The notes under the pieces are model-generated. The model had not been told where the DNA came from, did not search any database, and worked only from the letters and a program-made list of their open reading frames with translations. Shown piece after piece: positions 51,675 to 61,760 of a stretch of 64,000 nucleotides of DNA. The stretch is from Amphiscolops sp. MND2022 (Eukaryota). The stretch's first letter is position 1, and each line of letters opens with the position of its first letter. The stretch covers positions 34,412,001 to 34,476,000 of the forward strand of contig OZ076409.1 of NCBI GenBank assembly GCA_964187785.1. Direction: 5' to 3'. The position numbers and the translations under genes are program-made.

Positions 51675-52542
51675 TGTCATCTGGCAGGTACTTGAACCTT
51701 ATGGGTGGTGGCTCATCATTTGATCGTTCCCGCCTTGCGAGGCGGATGGCAAACCTTGACACCCCCGCTTTGCCGAAAGCCGAGCAAGGTGTTATTGCGT
51801 CTTTTTCTTACCCAGTCCCTCCGTGAAAATGTCAGCGCAATTGTCATCACTTGCAATAAACTTCAGATCAATCGACTGATTCTTCACAGTCTCCCGCACA
51901 TAGGCCATCCGAGTTGCAAAGTGTTTCGCCTTTGCGCTGCTGTCATCTCTGGTTACTAATGCTTGGCACGATTGACTGTCCGTGAACAAAGTCGTCGCTA
52001 TGGATTCTCCAAGAGTGTCCAGAATCCCCCGCAAAGCGCCGCTTCCTTTACGGCTTCGCTCAAGGCATGAAGTTCTGCCTCAGTGGTTGAAGTCGCTACA
52101 CACGTTTGTCGTCTAGCAGCCCACGATAGTGCCCCACTACCCACGTTGAAGCAGAAACCAGTGATGCTTCGTCTATCGTCCTTGCAGCTGGCATAGTCTG
52201 AATCCGTGTATCCATTTAGGCCTGTATCATCGCACTTCATGAAAGTGATGCCCACGTCAGCTGTACCTCTGAGGTAGCGTAACACGTGCTTCGCTGCTTG
52301 CCAGTGAGCAAATCCAGGGTTGCCAAGAAATCGAGAAAGTAGGTGGGCCGGGAATGCCAGGTCAGGTCGAGTGGACAGTGAGAGGTAGGCAATGCTACCC
52401 ACCAGGCCTCTGTAATCATGTCTCAACATTTGCTGTTGCTCATCTGATCCGTCGTCTGGCATCTGATCCTTCGTCAGCTCCAGCTTGTCTGCGAGTGGTG
52501 TTGAAGCTGCCTTGCACTCGCCCATACCGTGTTTGCGTATAT
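51675..52542 (-). mobile_element. Ty1/copia LTR retrotransposon 3' fragment (RT C-terminus, RNase H, PPT, 3' LTR)
   Basis: YRGLVGSIAYLSLSTRPDLAF, AAKHVLRYLRGT, GYTDSDYA..DDRRSITG, TSTTEAE, LFTDSQS, KAKHF, DNCADIFT. PPT AAAGCGGGGG, then an LTR TGTCA...TGACA at 51675-51761. Confidence 0.92.
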
Positions 52543-52579
52543 ATACTGATAATTCAAAAATCAACACACCCCAAACGTC

Positions 52580-52920
52580 GGGGTAGGAACGTTTCGTCAC
52601 CAGCCATTTGGGCCACAAAAATTTCAGCCCATTTCGCCCAAATGTCTCGTAGACTAAATTGCCAAATATGTTGACATACCCCTAGTGCTCTAAATGCAGG
52701 AGCGAAGCGAAGCAGAGCGACGTGCCATAGGGCCATGCCTCAATGTTGCTACTTGGCGAAGGGAGCGAAGAGACAGAGCCATACAACAAATCTGCTAACC
52801 TCTTCAAATATATCGGTTAATTGATCAATTTGATCACCCCATTTGGTCGACTCCTTTTTCGCCCATGTGACCGACTCTATTTTGTCGGCCAAATGACTGG
52901 TGACGAAATGTCCCTGACCC
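52580..52920. mobile_element. MITE with about 42-bp imperfect TIRs
   Basis: GGGGTAGGAACGTTTCGTCACCAGCCATTTGG matches the reverse complement of CCAAATGACTGGTGACGAAATGTCCCTGACCC. Confidence 0.7.
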
Positions 52921-53588
52921 TATCAAATCAGTATGGTAGGCTTTACGGCTTGGCCAAGGTTCACAAGCAGAATGTTCCCCTCAGACCAGTCCTCTCTCTT
53001 CCAGGCAGCCACTACGAGTCGCTGAATAAATGGCTGGCACACTTTTTTGTTCACCTCGAGGGAGCCAACATTGAGACCAACACTACCATCACCCGATCAC
53101 CATCATAATAACTGAAGTTGAATTGACTGGAGATGAGCAGTTGGTGGCGCTTGACGTCACTAGCCTGTACACTAACGTTCCCGTCGCAGAAGCGATCGAG
53201 ATTGCGGTACAGAAGGTCTATTTGCAAAATGAGCCACCTCCGCTGCAAAAAGAAGTTTTCAAGAAGTTGCTTCAGCTAGCAGTCGCCAACGTACATTTCA
53301 AATGTGGTGCAAAATGGTACGTAAAAACAGATGGTTTGGCCATGGGTGCATCTCTAGCTGTCATCCTCTCTAACCTATGGATGAAGAAGTTGGAATTCAT
53401 CCTCTCCAGCTCTTGTCCTGATCCATCCCGGCTAAATGAAACCGAAAATTGCGGTGAATGTAACCATCGGGTTAGGAACTACGATCGAGGATTTCGGTGC
53501 GATTCTTGCAACCGCTGGTACCACATTCAATGTCAAGGGATCAACGAGAGTGGGTACGACGACCTTGAAGACGAAGAATGGTTATGTC

Positions 53589-55666
53589 TCCGCAAGCCGA
53601 AGCGATGCTTCTAAGTGATGCAGAAAATGCCTTCAACAGTCTAAATCGTAAACTAGCGCTGAAAAACAATGAAATAATTTGCCCGTCTCTCAATAACGCG
53701 CTTAGAAACTCCTACGAATCGCCTTCTCTTTTGTTTGTAAACGGCAAAACGATACTATCACAGGAAAGAACAACACAAAGCGACCCACTCGCAATGGCGA
53801 TGTACGGAGTTGCGCTGCTACCACTCATCAATTTGGTAAAGGATGACATGGTCACCCAAAAGTGGTACGCCGAGGATGGAATCGCTGTAGGATCACTGGA
53901 ATCACTCGTCGCTTTGCATCAGAAGTTACAAAAACATGGCCCAGCATTCGGCTATAAGCTGACGAAATGCAACCTTATCGTCAAAGAAAGTTCTCTAGAA
54001 AAAGCCAAGAAGTCGTTCGAATCGATTGACATAGAGATTGTTCCCGGACACCGAGTGTTAGGTTCGACGATAGGTTCCAAAGCAGCGTGCGACAAATTCA
54101 GAGAAAAAGTCACCACTTAATACCAGCATCAAGTCGAAAAACTTGCCATCCACGCCCGAAAATCGCCGCAAAACAAATATCACGCTTTCACACAAGGTAT
54201 ACAGAACAAACTCTCGTTTCTCTCCCGAACCACACCCGACATGGAGCTTTTCCTACAAGAAACAGAAAAGACGATCTCGGAAAAACTGCTGCCTGCGCTC
54301 ACTGGAAAGACCACCCACACAGAAGAGCATCGTCTGCTCTTCTCACTCCCTTTGAAAAATGGCGGTCTCAATATCCTCTCACCCGATGACCGCGCTGGGG
54401 ACTACCCACGATCGGTCGCTTTGAGTGAATGCCCGAACGGAATGGAACCCCTTGCCGCGGAAAATTCGCTGTACAAAATCCTCCGCGAATTCAAGAAACA
54501 GAAATTACAAAACAACAACACGAAAATTGAAAAACTAGAAGAAGTCCTAACCGAGGGCGAACTATATGCCATGAAGCTGTCCTCCGAGAAAAGAGCCTCT
54601 AGCTGGTTGAACGCGCTTCCTCTGCAGAAATATGGTTTCGCCCTATCCAAATCAGAATTCAGAGACGGCTTAGCTCTCCGATACGGATGGGAACCTAAAA
54701 ATCCCCCTATTTCGTGTGCTTGCGGTGAACCTTTTGCAATGTATCACACTTTACACTGTGCAAAAGGCGGATATACCCATCTGCGGCACAATGAAATTCG
54801 CGACACTTTCGCTAAGCTCTTAGGAGACGTCTGCAACGATGTTGAAATCGAACCGAAACTTTAGCCGTTAGAAGGCGAGACCTTCGATAATAAATCAACG
54901 AGCACTGAAGATGAAGCTAGATTAGACATCAAAGCAAACGGACTTTTCGATTCAAGATTCTGCCGAACCTTCTTCGATGTCAAAATCTTCAACCCATTCG
55001 CCAACTCCTGTCCGAAACAAATTAAAGAAGCATACAAACACCACGAAGCTTCAAAGAAACGCAAATACGAGCAACGTACCATAAATGTCGAAAATAGCTC
55101 CTTCAGCCCACTCGTGTTTGCGACTACAGGAGGAGCCGGACCGTCTGCGTCGAAAATCATCACAAGGCTCGCGGTCAAGCTCAGCGACAAAACTTCTGAG
55201 CCTTACGCTGATGTTGTAAGTTTTATCAGAACGAAGGTTAGTTTTGCACTCTTGAGGAGTTCAATTTTGTGTATTAGAGGAGATCTCTTAAACGTACGGT
55301 CATTCAGACCGAGTCCTCTATGAGCGAAGAGGGAAGGCTCTCAAGCTCTCAGTAATTCTGTAACGAGCAAATTAATTTGTGATATGCTGTTTTCTAGACG
55401 AGCATATTTTTTGCGATTTGGTGTTTTGTTTTATAAATTAGTCCTCTGCTTGCCGATGTTTTCACATTTATTTTCACGGGCCGTTACTGACACTGCAAGG
55501 AGGCTCTGCAGCTTGCAGCGTTTCGACACCTTCCACACCATTTTGACAAGCCCCCTCTGTAACCTGGGCCATACATACGTAGACCATTACCTTTTTGGTT
55601 TCCAGGCGCACGGTCCATTTATAAAAGAAATGATGAAAAGTTGAAATAATAAGTAAATTTAAAAAA
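53589..55666 (+). mobile_element. CRE-like non-LTR retrotransposon (RT, CCHC knuckle, restriction-like endonuclease), 5'-truncated
   Basis: DAENAFNSLNR, TTQSDPLAMAMY, WYAED (YADD position), CACG...HTLHC, RHNEIRD, RLDIKANG..FFDVKIFNP, KKRKY, PLVFATTGG. A-tail at 55661-55668. TSD AAGAATGGTTATGTC at 53574-53588 and 55667-55681. Confidence 0.93.
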
Positions 55667-56242
55667 AAGAATGGTTATGTCGTTCTTGTAGCACTGAAAG
55701 GGCCCGCTTATTCCAAAGATACGTTGACGACATTCTGCTGGTGACTAGGCATCCTCCTGAAGAGTTGCTCAACGTTGTTAACCGACTTCATCCCAACCTC
55801 AAGTTTACCATTGAGACACTCAACGTTTCTCTAGGATTGGCATTTTTAGACATGAGGTTATCCCGTTCAGGTAACCGTCTGTCAACTCAGTGGTACCAAA
55901 AGCCCAAGACACTGGTGTTACAATGAATTTCAGGAGTTATGCGCCAGTCGAGTACGAGAAGAATATCATTAGAGGCGCAGTGCACCGTGTTTTAAACGTT
56001 ACATCCAGTTAGGAGTCATTTCATCAGGGCATTCGCCAGAATCAATCAATCTGGAAACAGAATCAGTTTCCCGAGAAATGGTCTTCTGCAATAGCTCGCA
56101 GAACGCTAAACACCATCTTAGCTCCTGATAAGCTGAAAGACAAACCCCCACCTCTACAACGCGAAACCCACAGAAAACGAACATCTTTCCTCGTCCAATA
56201 CCGAGGCACCATATCAGATCAGTTAGTTCAAAGATTAAGAAA

Positions 56243-56653
56243 GTGGCAGATATCGACACCTTCAATACAACCAGAAAGTTGAGAACGTGTTTACCAAGTT
56301 TGAAAGGCCCAATTTCGACGTTCATGAGATCCAAAGTGGTCTACCAAATGACCTCTATTCGATGTCATTCTACCTATGTCAGCCAACCTATCCGACATTT
56401 GACGACGAGGATCACGGAACATGAAGAGGGAATCAACACTACAGTCGCTCAGCATTTATCGCAATGCGCTGACTCAAAAGGTGATTGGAAGATCCTGGAT
56501 TCCTGTCTCAGCGAATATAAATTGCTCACGTTGGAGGCTTTTTTTACAAAACTGAAACCGAAGGTGAAGGCACGCGAGGAGTACAGACAGAGGGAGCTAT
56601 CTCTCAGAATCTCGTCCTGGGTATCCAGGCTTTTGTATCACGGTGCTTTCTAG
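56243..56653 (+). pseudogene. GIY-YIG endonuclease domain of the Penelope-like element
   Basis: SKVVYQMTSIRCHSTYVSQPIRHLTTRITEH...VAQHL..C...KILD....KLLTLEAFF.KLKP. Confidence 0.85.
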
Positions 56654-56726
56654 CCCTAAAATTATTTATATGTTTGGCTGCTTCTCTAATGTCTATATTT
56701 CTCATTTTTATACATTTTGGTTTCTG

Positions 56727-56768
56727 TCAGTTCTGATGATGAATGTACACTCAAAAACGTTCATCTGA
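56727..56768 (+). ncRNA. Degenerate minimal type I hammerhead ribozyme in the Penelope 3' region
   Basis: TCAGTT-CTGATGA-TGAATGTACACTC-AAAA-CGTTC-ATCTGA. The CUGAUGA core is intact, stems I and II each have one mismatch, and GAAA has become AAAA. Confidence 0.6.
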
Positions 56769-58082
56769 TTTTGTTTTTTATTTTTTTTTTCTAAATCAGT
56801 ATGGGGTCATAGGGTCAAAATCTTGTGGTCATATAGTCATTTGACAAGGGGTTAAAAGCCATGGGGTCATGGGGTCAAAGGGTTATATGATATGCCTCAT
56901 GGTCATAAGAGTGGAAATCCGGTGGTCAGAATAATTTGACATGGGGTTAAAAGCCATGGCGTCATTAGGGCAAAAGGTTATATGATATTCCTCATAACTT
57001 TCCCCATCGCATTTCTTCATCAGAGTACCAATTCTGGGTCAGATGGTTGGAAGTGACAAGCCTGATTGAAGGAATTGACATACCATACATTGCCATGACT
57101 ACAGGGTCACCCTGAGTAGTGCCACTTGGAAGAGAAGGGTTTTAGTTCCGCTGTATAGTTTTGATATCATGGAGTAAGAGTAATTCGAAGCGATTTTTGT
57201 GAACTTGGGTGGGAAGTTTTTAGAATTTTCTTTCAACAAACTTACTATACGAGTCTACAAACTTGTCCTGAAATTCTTCAAACTTGACCTAAAAGTCTAC
57301 AAACTTTTAAAAGAGTTTAATACATTTGTTGTATGGCTTGTTTGCTTCGCTCCGTTTCGCTCCTGCATTTAGGGCACTAGGGGTATGAGAGGATAGTTAC
57401 CTACATTATCTTGAAAAGTTCGCCGCTGTGTTGAACACAAGTTCAACAAGTTTAATTGTTTCCTATTTCAATTTATGACACTTTGTCATTCAAAAAACCA
57501 CCCAAACAACTTTGAGCAAATATTCAAACGTGCCCTAAAAGTCAACATTTGTCGGAAAATTGATGACCGTTTTGTAGAAAAAAATCCACGAATTTGTTCT
57601 CACTTTTCTCCAACCTTACTTCTTCGAACTTGTTTTCTACCAACTTACCAACTACCATTGGCGGTGGATGTTTGGATCGAAACAATTTGTGCAAATATGT
57701 AATTTGTCACTGAGTTCAAATTAAAATGGTCGAAGAAAATGAGATCGAATCAATATGTTCAAAAACCTAGCGTTTTCAAATAACAATGATTTTGGCTGCG
57801 ATAAAGCCCCATTTACTCTAGTGCCCCGCGGCCCGTTGGGACCTCTTATGTTTCCATCTTGCTAAGCCAGGTCAAACAGGAGCAAAAACCTAACGTGAAC
57901 GGAGATCGAGAAGCATTGGTAGTGGGAGCTGGTCTTAGCGACTAAAAGGGCGAGGTTGTATACATCGTATTTGACCCCGTATTAGGGGGGAAAAAGTACA
58001 GAAATAACTTTAAATAAACACTTTTGAACGCTTTGCAGGTGCCAAAAACAAGCAGAAACACATCGATCTCAAAACTTTCGAT

Positions 58083-58700
58083 CTATTTTCGATCTCGCTT
58101 TCCAATCACACAATATACCCCACCTCTACCATTCAAATCAGTGAAAAAAGACGGGCAAAATTGTTCCACATTTTGACGATGAAGCTCTCGATTGACACCG
58201 TTGAAAGCATTTTTGCATTTATAAGAAGGATGCCCTCGGCTTTTTCCTCGGTAAACTCTTGCCTCAGTAGATAAATCGCGTACTCTAAACCACTTCTCAA
58301 ACAGATGCAAAGTTGCAAATTGCCACTGAGTACTTCCAGGTATTCTGCATGCAGTTGATTATGATGTTTCCGTTGATCCGTCCGAGTGCCTCACCGATGC
58401 CATCACCGAGTGAGACCAGTCTGCATGCTTTGTATGCATCAAGGTGATCGAGGATTTCAGTGGCTGTCGGGAATGCCAATTTTTACTAAAGTGCTCACTG
58501 AATTGTTTATCAAAAGAGTCGAGGGTCCTGCGCCATCAATTGGAATCTTGCCTGGACGGTCCGGCACTCCTTGGTGTCGAGAACAAAAGTAGCTTCAAGT
58601 TTTTTCTTAAAATTGAGCACTTTTCACGTTCGATTTCAATCAGGCATTTGTGAGCGTTTCATGAGTAATAGGCTTCACAAAGATTTTCAAGTCGTTAAGT
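58083..58700 (-). pseudogene. Fragment of a second, diverged CRE-like RT
   Basis: SAGPS, LDAYKACRLVSL..GIGEAL.RI, QLCICLRSGLEYAI, EGILLINAK, NAFNGVNR. Multiple frameshifts. Confidence 0.75.
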
Positions 58701-58799
58701 ATGCGTTTGGATGAAGATCGTAGCTGTCTTTGTTGCAGAGCGCTTGCTACATTCAGTAGTTCCTCGAACTTGCATTTGTTTTTGTAGGTCCAATCTTCG

Positions 58800-59698
58800 A
58801 GATGAAGCACTTGGTATCTGTCGAATATACAGATTCAAGCAAAGTGCATGGTTAGTAAAGTACATTGATCATATTACCCAAAAGAGAACCAAAGCAAAAA
58901 CAAACTTTGAAAAAGATTTATACAAGCTCATGAGCAATGTTTTCTTTGGAAAGACAATGGAAACTATGAGATAGAACCAACCTAGAATACGTATCTTATT
59001 TCCTCCTATAAAGCAAATAGTAACAAGACAACCCAAGTTAAGTTTGAAAAGCATCGTCAACTGGTATTCTATGTTTAGTGTATACAAGTTTGAATAAAAA
59101 CACTTTTCGACGAACCAATTTATTCGGGGATCTCTGTTTCAGAAAATAAACTCATAACTTTTGAGGTTAATTGTCAAACATTAGAAGCGTATTGGAAACA
59201 CCGCATGCAATTACATTATTTGGATACTGAGTCCTTTGTTCTCAGTTTTGATGCAAACAACCAAAATCTAACAATCTTTTTACAACAAAACAAAGATGAT
59301 TTTGATTTTAGTGAATTACAAAAAGGCCATGAAATTTTCGGCCCTATCACCAAGAAAGTCATAGGAAAATGAAAATCGAAACAAGTCCAGTTTTAGTATT
59401 AGATACCTTCAAAGCTTTACGATCAAAGGCATATTATATTTCGTATAATTCTATTACGGAAAAGACAAAGCAAGAAGGTATACAAAGAGCCCCTGATTGT
59501 GAAGAATACAAACTTTCATTGTTTAATTCCAAAACCACTCTCACTACAAATTTTTCTATTCGTTCAAACCTACATCAATTAACAGTACAGTGTCATAACA
59601 AACTAGCATTGAATCTCTTTGATGATATAAATCCAATAAAAGAATTACCATGGGATGAACACACTCGAAAAAGTATTGTCCATGAATTCTCTGTCTAA
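58800..59698 (+). pseudogene. Protein-primed family B DNA polymerase, C-terminal part
   Basis: FKQSAWL.KYID...KR..AK.NFEKDLYKLMSN.FFGKTME (motif B), P.Y.G, LHYLDTES (motif C, DTDS), KKVIGKMKIE, LRSKAY. Confidence 0.88.
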
Positions 59699-59968
59699 AG
59701 TTCATTGGATTGTATTTCAGAGAAATATTTGGAAAAAAAGTAAATGAAATAATTTTTTGGAGTGTATGGTACTGGAAAGAAAAATAAAATCAACAAGAGT
59801 TTTAAAAACTCTACGTAATCGAGCACATCTTTCAAAATAAAAACAGTCGATAATTCTTCTTAAAAAAACAGTAATACTTATATCAGGCAATCTATATAAA
59901 ATTTATATTGATATCATGAATTTGTCTAAAAAATAGTTCTTCTTTGTTTTCAAATTGTTTTTTGTTTA

Positions 59969-61205
59969 TCAAAGATCAAAATGTGTTTGCCCATCACTTC
60001 TACTACTTATTACCTTTCGAATTAGAACAAGGGCAAAAGCTACATGTTCTGTTACACCAAAAGCAGTACTAAATTTATACTCTAATCTAATTGGCTGAAA
60101 TGAGATGTTATCTTTTCGTTCGAAATGGTCAAACATATAAAAACTATATTCTGTTCTAATTTTCAGATCAATAAACGGTTTGAGCATGTTGGTTTCAGCA
60201 TTGAGTTTATAAACTTTTTCTGTTTCACAACATATTTGATCCTACTTATCTCTATCATAAGTACGCACTATTCCTTCAACAGGTTTTTCTTCTGATCTTA
60301 TATTACAAAGGCATCAGAAATTGGATGACTATCAAATTTTGCAATATTTTCTGTTTGTGAATCAATTTAATTTCTAGCTTGAAACTCAAATATTATAAAA
60401 CTTGGTGTCGTTTTTCCAGTGTTGCCTAATTCGAATGTCCATTTATTATTAATGTTAACATCTTTTCTGGACATTCGCTCTGTATAGTATAATTCTGTTG
60501 GATCTTTATCTAATAACTGTTTCACTGCATTTTGCTGGTTTCCATGGATTTTGTGTTGTGTGGATTATACCAACCAATGTCTTTCGTATTTATTTTTGCA
60601 GCATCTACCCCATTACCTATAATGACAGCATCAATTTTTTTAATACGTATCAAGGTGAGAGAAAAACCTATACTATAAGAACTTTTTCTTGATAAGCAAT
60701 ACCTAACCAATCCCTCATTTTGATTCTCACAAAAAATGTTCCTATTTCTGTTTTGTTCTTCTTGTCTTCATGTGTTTTTTGATTCTTCAAAGGCATACTA
60801 TAACTCGTTTGTTTGTTGATTAGATGTTGAACAATTGTATAATAAACTAATAGTGTGCAAGTTTTCAACATTTTCCAAGTGTTTTCCTGAAGCTGTTGTT
60901 AGCTTGGCTTCACTAAATAAAGCAACAGGTCCAAAGATGACCAGACTTATCTGATCATTATTAGCATATCTTGTGTTGTCGATTTTAAGCTCTCTAAATT
61001 CCAGACCAAAATAGAAGTTTTGTTGGCAAATATAAGGATCTTCTCTTAGGAGACTGATGAACCTATTTGGGTAGTTGTTATTAACCGTAGCTAGACTTTT
61101 TGGACTGTACCTAGTGAAAATTAATTTTTGAATTGGTTTATGAAGAGCAAATTTATTTTTCCTAGAAACAGACATTTTTACATGTGACACTTTTTCATGA
61201 TCCAT
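59969..61205 (-). pseudogene. Polinton-type double jelly-roll major capsid protein, frameshifted
   Basis: Y.P.SL...N; GPVALFSEAKLTTASGKHLE; KI..KDIGWY.PH; WTFELG...TPSFII.EFQ; F.MFD....D.I..QPIRLEYKF....AFALVL..KVI. These follow the order expected for Polinton capsid (PY) motifs. Confidence 0.7.
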
Positions 61206-61304
61206 TCATACAAAAAATCTTTGATATAAGTTTTGTATATACAGAATTATTTTAAAAAACCTTTCTTCTGATGTTGAAACTTTTATTGTTTTCACCAAAT
61301 AAGG

Positions 61305-61760
61305 TTAGTTTGGAAAAGTAAACTCAAAAGAAAGCTTGTGCAGGTTACTTATATACAGATTACGAGTTCCTTCCAGTTTATTGTTTTCATTCAGATCAAT
61401 TTTATTATCTTGAAAACTTTTCCAGTGTTGTTTACAAATGTCATCTAGTGTTCTACCAGCAAGAGTATAATCTTTAGTTTTGTGTTGTTCCTTTCGTTTC
61501 AGACTTTCTCCAACATTTTTACTGATTATACATAAACCTGCACCCACACAATTTGTGACAGGTACAACAACAAGTCCGAATCCTTTGACACTCAGAGTTA
61601 CACATATTGATGTTACACCCAATACCATAACAGTGTCTTTTGATTGTCTTGAACGATTTAAAGGACTTATAAATTTTTTGAAAAGTTTTATGTTATGAAG
61701 TGAGTTATTGAAACTGTGTATTCGTTTTAATCGTAAACTTCATTGTTGCTTGAGACCATG
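61305..61760 (-). pseudogene. Hydrophobic accessory ORF of the Polinton (duplicate at about 62860-63240)
   Basis: VLGVTSICVTLSVKGFGLVVVPVTNCVGAGLCIISK is a double hydrophobic helix lying between the capsid and integrase remnants. Confidence 0.5.

Larger units (their letters stand above)
52921..56790 (+). mobile_element. Penelope-like retroelement (RT with internal PHD finger, GIY-YIG endonuclease), 5'-truncated, degenerate, interrupted by a CRE-like insertion
   Basis: RLYGLAKVHKQNVPLRPVLS, ALDVTSLYTNVP, DGLAMGASLA, RYVDD, LHPNLKFTIE, LAFLDM, WYQKP.DTG, and GIY-YIG-like VVYQMT..C.STYV.Q..RHL.TRI.EH...LTLEA...KP. The 3' end holds a hammerhead remnant and a T-rich tail. Confidence 0.92.

Noticed and set aside
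56010..56012. Selenocysteine-type readthrough in the Penelope ORF
   Set aside because: The in-frame stop is TAG at a probable Trp codon, not TGA, and nearby frameshifts show ordinary decay.
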